Of a stretch of DNA of 32,970 nt, positions 26,676 to 32,970 are shown one piece after another. Within the stretch, counting starts at the first letter, position 1; every line of letters starts with the position of its first letter. The position numbers and the translations under genes are program-made. A model generated the notes under the pieces. The model was not told the origin of the DNA. It was given only the letters and a program-made list of their open reading frames with translations, and ran no database searches. The DNA lies in the NCBI GenBank assembly GCA_000220355.1, contig GL982569.1:497430-530399 (forward strand), in the 5' to 3' direction. This DNA is from Candidatus Nanosalinarum sp. J07AB56. GTDB taxonomy: Archaea > Nanohalarchaeota > Nanosalinia > Nanosalinales > Nanosalinaceae.

Positions 26676-27662
26676 CTAGTTCTGTGTGTCTTCTTGGTCC
26701 TGTGAATCTCCTGCTAGCTTGTCAGCGGCCTCACCTATGTCAAGGTCGGAGAGGTCGACGTCCTCGGTAACCTTGTCTACCAGTCCTTGAACCGGTGACC
26801 CGCCCTCGTCGTCTCCTCCGCCAGGCATCATTTCGGCGGGTATCGTGACGATGGTGGAGTTCTCCTTTGCCACGTTGTCCACGGTTTCCAGGGTTCTGAG
26901 CTTGTAGCCGCCGCTCCCGAGTACGTCTGCGGCAGCTCTGATTCTTGCGGACGCCTGCAGCTCTCCGCGGGCGTGCGTGACCCGAGCCCTCCTGTCCCTC
27001 TCAGCCTCTGCCTCGGACGCCATTGCCCTCTCCAGCGACTCGGGGATGGAGACGTCCTGTATCTCCACGTCCCTGATGTGGATACCGAAGTCGTTCGTGG
27101 CCTGATCCAGTCTGTCCCGCAGGTTGTCAGCTATCTCGTCCCGGTTGTGTAGTATCTCGTCCAGCTCCCGCTCACCTATGATGGCGCGGAGCATGGTCTG
27201 GCCGTAGTTCACTGTAACCTTCTCGTAGTCCTCTACCTCCAGAACCGATTTCCTGATCTCCTCGGAGTCCTCACGCACCTTGTAGAACACTATTGCGTCG
27301 ACTGTCGTCGTGACGTTGTCCGCGGTCAGAACCTTCTGCGGTGTGACGTTGACGGTCTTGACTCTGTAGTCTATGACCTGTACCCATTCCAGGAACGGTA
27401 TCTTGAGGTTGAGTCCGGGTCCAAGAACCCTGTCGAAGCTCCCGAGACGGAACACGACGGCGCGCTCGTACTCTTGGTTGATGACGATAGAGAAGTAGAA
27501 CAGGATGGCTATGCTGCCTCCCACGACACCTATTATTGGATTCACGAGGGCTCCACCCCCTCCAAGGACGGCGAGGAGAACCGCGGTCATCACCAGCTCA
27601 ACGGCACCGCTCCCTGTTCCAGCGCCGCTCGACCCTATGTCTCCTTGACCCGGTTTGTCCAT
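26676..27662 (-). CDS. SPFH/band-7 family protein (stomatin/prohibitin-like) with an N-terminal membrane anchor
   Basis: The SPFH core reads RAVVFRLGSFDRVLGPGLNLKIPFLEWVQVIDYRVKTVNVTPQ...AIVFYKV...TMLRAIIGERELDEIL. I chose the start at MDKPGQGDIG (27662), which avoids overlap with the divergent 27755 gene. Confidence 0.8.
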   Translation of the reverse strand: MDKPGQGDIGSSGAGTGSGAVELVMTAVLLAVLGGGGALVNPIIGVVGGSIAILFYFSIVINQEYERAVVFRLGSFDRVLGPGLNLKIPFLEWVQVIDYRVKTVNVTPQKVLTADNVTTTVDAIVFYKVREDSEEIRKSVLEVEDYEKVTVNYGQTMLRAIIGERELDEILHNRDEIADNLRDRLDQATNDFGIHIRDVEIQDVSIPESLERAMASEAEAERDRRARVTHARGELQASARIRAAADVLGSGGYKLRTLETVDNVAKENSTIVTIPAEMMPGGGDDEGGSPVQGLVDKVTEDVDLSDLDIGEAADKLAGDSQDQEDTQN

Positions 27663-27754
27663 GTCACGCAATATCGGGCTGACGCCATTAATAACTTGTC
27701 GCGTCAACGCCCTCACGTCACAGCACCTAAAAGCCGGCCTCACCCAGTCTGTGT

Positions 27755-28876
27755 GTGAAGAAAACAATAATCACGGCCCTGTTGTTGCTGGCTCCTGTGG
27801 CGGCAGCCACCCCGGAGCCTAGGGTCAACGTCGAATCCATAGAGCCGTCCTCTGTCGCTCCAGGGAACAGCTTCGAAGTGGATCTCGTGGTGGCGAACGA
27901 CGGTGATTCAGCGGCGAGCTTCGGTCCTGTCTCAGTCGAGACCGTTGAGGGCGTGCAGTACAGGGGAACGACCTCGACGCTGGACGGCTCGTTCACGCTG
28001 GGCGACAGCAGCCAGCAAATAGGCACGCTGTACATGTCCACCTCCGACAGCCTCAGCTCCGGAAGCTATCCCGTGGAAATAGAGGTTCCGGTGGACGGCG
28101 CCTCGTACTTCGAGACCGCGACCATCAACGTCGACGGATCGGCGTCGCTGGTCTCCAGCTTCTCCAGTGCCGAAATCGAGCAGGGTAGGTCGGGCGAGGT
28201 CTCCGTCACTGTGGAGAACTCCGGCACCGACGCCGCCTCTGCCCCGTCCCTGAGCTTCTCGTCGGATGAGGTGTTCTTCTCACCTAGCTCCGTATCGCTC
28301 CGCGAGATACCTGCTGGGGAGTCCGTGACCCGGACGTTCAACGTCACGCCGGACGAGTCGTTGTCCTCCGGCACGCGCCAGGTTACAGGCACGGTCGAGT
28401 ACCTTGAGGACTCGGAAGCCGAGACAGCGGAGGTCCAGGGAACAGTAACGGTCTTGGACAGGGCGGAGATGGCCTTGGACTCCCTCGACCTCGAGAATCC
28501 CGTGGTGGGTCAGGAGTCGGAGCTGTCGGTGGAGCTGGAGAACCTTGGTCCGGGCGAGGCCGAGAGCATCACCATCGAGGTCAGCTGTGACGGCGCGGAC
28601 GTTGGGTCGTCGCGCACCTTCGTTGGTCAGGTGGATGCGGACGAGTCGGTTCCGGCGGTTTTCCCGGTGACGCCTACGTCGGAGGACGTCTCGTGCACGG
28701 CGTCGGTGAGCTACGTTGACTCCGAGGAGCGCAGCCTGAGTCAGTCGGCGGGCTTCTCGGCGTCCACACCCCCGCCGGTGCCGCCGGCCGCGGTGGCGGT
28801 TGTTGTGGTCTTGGTTCTCGTAGGTGCCGGTGTCTGGTACCGCAGGAGGAGCAGGGATGAACTGGAAGAGGTATAG
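27755..28876 (+). CDS. Secreted cell-surface protein with repeated CARDB-like (COG1361) Ig-like domains and a C-terminal TM anchor
   Basis: The signal peptide is MKKTIITALLLLAPVAAA. About three repeats follow the pattern '...V.V.NsG...a....l...s..v...'. The C-terminus is PPVPPAAVAVVVVLVLVGAGVWYRRRSR. Confidence 0.6.
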   Translation: MKKTIITALLLLAPVAAATPEPRVNVESIEPSSVAPGNSFEVDLVVANDGDSAASFGPVSVETVEGVQYRGTTSTLDGSFTLGDSSQQIGTLYMSTSDSLSSGSYPVEIEVPVDGASYFETATINVDGSASLVSSFSSAEIEQGRSGEVSVTVENSGTDAASAPSLSFSSDEVFFSPSSVSLREIPAGESVTRTFNVTPDESLSSGTRQVTGTVEYLEDSEAETAEVQGTVTVLDRAEMALDSLDLENPVVGQESELSVELENLGPGEAESITIEVSCDGADVGSSRTFVGQVDADESVPAVFPVTPTSEDVSCTASVSYVDSEERSLSQSAGFSASTPPPVPPAAVAVVVVLVLVGAGVWYRRRSRDELEEV

Positions 28877-30032
28877 GGTTGTCTGGCTTCTGGCGAAGCG
28901 AGACCTTCTTGCAGACAGAAAAGTAACCTTGGTGGTTGTGGCGGCGCTCAGCTTCGCTTTTCTGAACCTCGCCTTTTTCCCGTCGTTTATACAGGGATTT
29001 TCAGGTAGCTTCGTTGACAACATAGTTCAGACCTCTACCGGCCACGTCCAGATAACGGCCGAGGACGGGCGCCTGGACGACGTGGACTCGATTGAGAGAA
29101 CGGTGCGGTCGCTGCCCGGAGTGATGTCCGTGGAGAAGCAGCTGCAGTTCAACGCAGACATCTCGACTGCGTCGGACTCTATCTCGGCCACAGTGATCGG
29201 TCTCGAGGCCCGGGACTTGTCGGTTTACAGGTCGCGGGTGCAGGAGGGCAGGTTCGTGGACTCGGGCGGTGACGGCGAGGCCACGCTCGGAATCTTCCTC
29301 GTGGAGGACACCACGGTAGGTGACAGGGGGCTGGCCACCGGTGTCGGTAGACAGGTGGAGATGTCGACGGTCAATGAATCTAAGGAGCTGAAGGTTGTCG
29401 GCACGGTCGGAAGGCAGGGGCCCGCGGGGGCGAACTCCAATGCATATATGTCCTACGAGGACGCGGAGGAGCTGCTGGACGCGGACGGCGAGGCCTCCGC
29501 CATCAAGATACTGCTGGACACCCGGGACGATGCCGATGAGTTCAAGACCCGGCTCGAACAGCTGAACCTGCCTGGCAACATCCGGACGTGGGAGCAGGTC
29601 TCGGAGGTGGGAGGCTCGATAAACGCCACGTTCGGTATCGTGACCGGTGTGGTGTCAATTGTGGGCCTGATTGTTGCGGTCGCCACGGTTGGTGTCGTTG
29701 TGTTCATCAACGTCTCGAAGCGCCGGCGCGAGATCGGCATACTCCGCAGCATAGGCACGTCGCGCCGCACAGTCCTGCAAGTGTTTCTCTTGGAGGCCGT
29801 GATATTCGGTCTCGCCGGCGTAGTTATCGGGAACATCATAATGATAGCGACGCACGCGTACCTGACGGCGAACCCTATACAGACGCCTCTTGGACCGTTG
29901 AGCACGGATCTGACGCAGAGCCTGCTGGTGACGAGGACGACGTGGCTGCTCTTGGCCTCCCTCGGCGCGGGCGCGCTCCCGGCATGGCTGGCGTCCCGAC
30001 AGGAGATTGTGGAGGCGATCGAGAACCGGTGA
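28857..30032 (+). CDS. ABC transporter permease, FtsX/MacB-like
   Basis: The N-terminal TM is followed by a large extracytoplasmic domain and then a C-terminal 3-TM FtsX block (FINVSKRRREIGILRSIGTSRRTVLQVFLLEAVIFGLAGVVIGNII). The start ATG at 28857 (MNWKRYRV) overlaps the upstream gene's 3' end. Confidence 0.8.
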   Translation: MNWKRYRVVWLLAKRDLLADRKVTLVVVAALSFAFLNLAFFPSFIQGFSGSFVDNIVQTSTGHVQITAEDGRLDDVDSIERTVRSLPGVMSVEKQLQFNADISTASDSISATVIGLEARDLSVYRSRVQEGRFVDSGGDGEATLGIFLVEDTTVGDRGLATGVGRQVEMSTVNESKELKVVGTVGRQGPAGANSNAYMSYEDAEELLDADGEASAIKILLDTRDDADEFKTRLEQLNLPGNIRTWEQVSEVGGSINATFGIVTGVVSIVGLIVAVATVGVVVFINVSKRRREIGILRSIGTSRRTVLQVFLLEAVIFGLAGVVIGNIIMIATHAYLTANPIQTPLGPLSTDLTQSLLVTRTTWLLLASLGAGALPAWLASRQEIVEAIENR

Positions 30033-30706
30033 ACGCGATAGAGACCCGCGACCTCAAGAAGGTCTACGAGATGGGTGAGCTGGAAGTAAATGCACTGGAA
30101 GGCGTGGACCTCGAGATAGAGGAGGGCGAGTTCGCCGCCATGATGGGTCCGTCCGGCTCCGGAAAGTCCACCCTGATGCACCTCCTTGGCCTCTTGGACA
30201 CGCCCTCGTCCGGCGAGATAATGATCGACGGTGTGGAGACCTCGAACTACTCGGAGCACCAGCGCGACCAGTTCAGACTGCGGAAGATAGGGTTCGTCTT
30301 CCAGTTCTACTCCATGCTGTCCGGCTTGGAGGCCTACAACGACGCCAGGCTACCGCTTCTGCTGTCAGGTGCCTCCGAGAGGGCATCGCTCAAGAAGGCG
30401 AAGGAGGCACTCCAGCGCGTCGGCCTGGGCGAGCGGATTGAACACGACTCGTCGGAGATGTCCGGCGGGCAGAGGCAGCGCGCCGCAATTGCTCGCGCCA
30501 TCGTCAACGACCCGGAGATAGTGTTCGCCGACGAGCCTACGTCCGAGCTCGGCACAGAGACGTCTGAGGCGGTGGTAGACCTCTTCCGCGAGATATCCGA
30601 GGAGGGCCGAACAGTTGTTATGGTGAACCACGAGGAGGAGATGGCTCGCAGGGCGGATCGCGTCATCTACCTCGAGGACGGCAAGGTAGTGGACAGCGAC
30701 TACTGA
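30029..30706 (+). CDS. ABC transporter ATP-binding protein (MacB/LolD-type)
   Basis: Walker A is GPSGSGKST. The Q-loop, signature LSGGQRQR, Walker B IVFADEPTS and the H-loop are present. The GTG start overlaps the permease stop (GTGA). Confidence 0.9.
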   Translation: MNAIETRDLKKVYEMGELEVNALEGVDLEIEEGEFAAMMGPSGSGKSTLMHLLGLLDTPSSGEIMIDGVETSNYSEHQRDQFRLRKIGFVFQFYSMLSGLEAYNDARLPLLLSGASERASLKKAKEALQRVGLGERIEHDSSEMSGGQRQRAAIARAIVNDPEIVFADEPTSELGTETSEAVVDLFREISEEGRTVVMVNHEEEMARRADRVIYLEDGKVVDSDY

Positions 30707-30782
30707 TACGCATGGAGCTCACTCCTGCTGGGACACAGCAGTTTTTCAGTAGCCGGACTCTGTTCGTCTCCGTGGTCCACGG

Positions 30783-31466
30783 ATGAGGCTATTCCGTTCA
30801 GAGGAGAGCAGAAGGAACGTCATTCTCAGAACAGCGACTGTCCTAGCGGCGGCTGTTCTACTGTACGTTCTCACCCCGTCACTCGACTTCCTCTCATCCC
30901 CCGACGCTGTAAGAGACTATGTCCGTGGCTTCGGCGTGTTGTCCGCCGCAGCGTTCGTACTTCTGCAGATCGCACAGACCGTGATAGCTCCTATACCTGG
31001 CCAGGTCACCGGCGTTGCGGCGGGCTATCTGTTCGGCACGTGGGTCGGAACCCTGTACAGCATGATCGGCGTCAGCATCGGGAGCTACATCGCTGTCGTT
31101 CTCTCCCGCCGCCTCGGTCGCCCGTACGTCGAGAGAGTCGTCAACCCACTCATCCTCGACAGGTTCGACGGCTTTATGACGGATAGAGGACCGGAAACCC
31201 TGTTTATTGTGTTCCTTATACCTGGTCTGCCGGACGACGCCCTGTGCTTCGTCGCCGGACTCTCCGATATATCGGTAGCCCGGCTGATGACCGTGATTAT
31301 CATCGCCCGCATACCAGTATACCTCATAGCGGCAGCCACCGGAAACAGCCTTGCGCTCAACAACCTTGCCAGGTCCGCGGGCCTGGTTGCCGTGGTCGGT
31401 GTTCTCTCGCTCCTGAGCCTGTGGAAGATAGACAGCATACTAGAGTTCGTCGACTCTCACTTCTAG
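30783..31466 (+). CDS. DedA/TVP38 (SNARE-associated, TMEM64-like) membrane protein
   Basis: Characteristic blocks are present: IAPIPGQVTGVAAGYLFG...G....LSRRLGRPYVER and FLIPGLPDDALCFVAGLS. Confidence 0.8.
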   Translation: MRLFRSEESRRNVILRTATVLAAAVLLYVLTPSLDFLSSPDAVRDYVRGFGVLSAAAFVLLQIAQTVIAPIPGQVTGVAAGYLFGTWVGTLYSMIGVSIGSYIAVVLSRRLGRPYVERVVNPLILDRFDGFMTDRGPETLFIVFLIPGLPDDALCFVAGLSDISVARLMTVIIIARIPVYLIAAATGNSLALNNLARSAGLVAVVGVLSLLSLWKIDSILEFVDSHF

Positions 31467-32264
31467 CTTTACTCAGTTTAAGACCAGAAATTCTAACCTA
31501 TCACATAAATAGCTGCCTCTACAGACACTAAAAATCGGAAAGGACACGTTCAGACTACTTGAGAAGCAGCAGTGCAAGGGCCGGGGAGACGGCTGAAGTG
31601 TTCCGCGACGACTAATCTGAGCTTTGTGAAGAGTAGTGTTATGTGACCGTAAGGGAGATCCCGACTTTTTGTATTACTTGACTGGTTGGAATACTGTGTG
31701 ACCGCAGCTCCTGCATTTTTATGGGCTGGAATGGTATCTGTTTCGGCATTTGCGACACCCGTTGTTCGCTCCTTGGGTCGACTTGGGCGACCAGCCAAAC
31801 ATACATTCAGGGTTGTGATTCGACGGCTTGAATCTATCTTTCTATGCTTGGGGGAGGCTAACAGTTGTTTGAGGACACACTTAGACAGGTAGAAACCCAA
31901 GGAACCGCTTGAGAGACTATGATGATGAGAAAAAGTCTCGAGGTGACCTCCAAGAGTGGCTGGACGAAAACCTGAATTCTGAGGATGGGGGAATGATGGG
32001 TGGCGGCCAACGGGAGATACCTATTGGAAAGGCGCGCGGAAAAAGAATAATCCAATATAAATTTCTTCCCGCCGTGTGAGAAGGGAGAAGCCGTCTCATA
32101 GACACAACTGTAGATTAACGGAGTCTAGGACAACCTGAGCCAGGAAACTGATGCTCTTCCCTCGAAGCAGGCCTGCAGCCGATGGAAGGCTCTGATAGAG
32201 TCTTCGCTACTCATTCCGTCTCTATGCACTTCCATTTTTAAATGGTGTGAATTGAAGTATCAGT

Positions 32265-32969
32265 GTGGAAATCAGGAGTTTCACATCGGGAATACTAGTC
32301 TTAATGGCGTTGCTTGTCTCTTCAGGGTGTACTTCCGATGCGTCGCTTGACTCTTCACAAGACACAGAGTCCGCCGAAGAACCAGATTCCAGTACGAACA
32401 CCGCGTCAACTGACTCGTCCTCCGAGCAATCGGAGCCGAGACCTGATATCTCCTTGACCTCGCTCAGCGTGCCGCGCAGCGTAGAGTTAGGACAGGAGTA
32501 TACAGCTACGGCCACCTTTAGCAACGATGGATCTGCCAAAGGCGAGTTCCAGTCTACATTGATGACTGAGCAGGATATTGGCGGTTATTCACCAACCTCG
32601 TCCGAAGTCAGTGGTGAGGTAGCTGCAGGTGAGAGCAAGACATTCGAAGCGGATTTAACAGCTAAGAGGGTTGGCGAGCGCAAATTTAGGATGGCGGGAA
32701 CCGAAGAGACAGCTACTGTCGCAGTCACTCCCATGGAGTTGGACTTCGATGAACAATACGTCACATCAGATAATGTGAGCGTCGAGGTAACAGATGTCGA
32801 AGTCGAAACCTCGTACGAGACCGAGGGGTACGGTGGCAGCAGGGTTGTCGAGTCGGAGCCAGGTCAGCAGTTCGTATTCATAACCGTCAGATCGGAGAAT
32901 CAGGCACTAGTACCTGAGGTTGCGCCCTCTGATAGAGAGTTCAATCTGGTCGCTGGGAACCAAGAATAC
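32265..32969 (+). CDS. Lipoprotein with a DUF4352-like domain (3' partial; continues beyond the window end)
   Basis: My own translation gives a signal peptide plus lipobox: V/MEIRSFTSGILVLMALLVSSG|C. A low-complexity S/D/E/T linker follows. The C-terminal block reads EPGQQFVFITVRSEN...REFNLVAGNQEY, typical of DUF4352. The start is the GTG at 32265 (an alternative ATG lies at 32304). It is missing from the ORF track because no stop falls within the window. Confidence 0.55.
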   Translation, partial: MEIRSFTSGILVLMALLVSSGCTSDASLDSSQDTESAEEPDSSTNTASTDSSSEQSEPRPDISLTSLSVPRSVELGQEYTATATFSNDGSAKGEFQSTLMTEQDIGGYSPTSSEVSGEVAAGESKTFEADLTAKRVGERKFRMAGTEETATVAVTPMELDFDEQYVTSDNVSVEVTDVEVETSYETEGYGGSRVVESEPGQQFVFITVRSENQALVPEVAPSDREFNLVAGNQEY

Positions 32970-32970
32970 A

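Noticed and set aside
31915-32000. Possible C/D-box sRNA (TGATGATGA C-box-like and CTGA D-box-like words)
   Set aside because: The spacing between the putative C and D' boxes (about 45 nt) and the absence of a properly placed D box and terminal stem do not fit the roughly 50-60-nt archaeal C/D sRNA architecture.

Overview
The window reads as a high-GC (~58-60%) archaeal chromosomal segment with an acidic, halophile-like proteome. Its centre is a replication module: a non-coding region ending in inverted origin-recognition-box (ORB) elements that flank an AT-rich duplex-unwinding element (DUE), followed directly by orc1/cdc6, the PolD small subunit (DP1) and the PolD large subunit (DP2). This oriC-cdc6-DP1-DP2 arrangement is classic for Thermococcales. 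DP2 carries a 495-aa LAGLIDADG intein inserted at the KRRN/CDGDED catalytic motif, and the intein ends in Gln rather than Asn. Just upstream of the ORBs is a dense array of GGTTRTAC iteron-like repeats. Three otherwise well-conserved genes are interrupted by +1 frame disruptions, all in the same direction: PolD DP2, NAC alpha, and a GlmU-like nucleotidyltransferase/acetyltransferase that also carries an unusual C-terminal NT5C/HAD-like domain. Other calls: a class II tRNA-Ser(GCU) with an archaeal TATA box; a spermidine-synthase-like membrane fusion; a PRC-barrel protein; a small CPxCG zinc-ribbon gene absent from the ORF track; a lamin-tail-domain secreted protein; AI-2E and TctA transporters; a MOP-type flippase; an HhH-GPD glycosylase; a CBS protein; an SPFH/band-7 protein; a CARDB-like surface protein with an FtsX/ABC (MacB-like) transporter; a DedA/TVP38 protein; and a partial DUF4352 lipoprotein. 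The least explained content is a tandem triplet of paralogous acidic hypothetical proteins (20651-22410) followed by a 518-aa orphan protein in an AT-richer segment (22463-24019). There are two further AT-richer patches, one holding a glycoside-hydrolase-like beta-propeller gene (3037-3990) and one an ~800-bp non-coding spacer (31467-32264). Many long R/P/A-rich ORFs on the opposite strand of real genes are GC-driven shadow ORFs and were not called.
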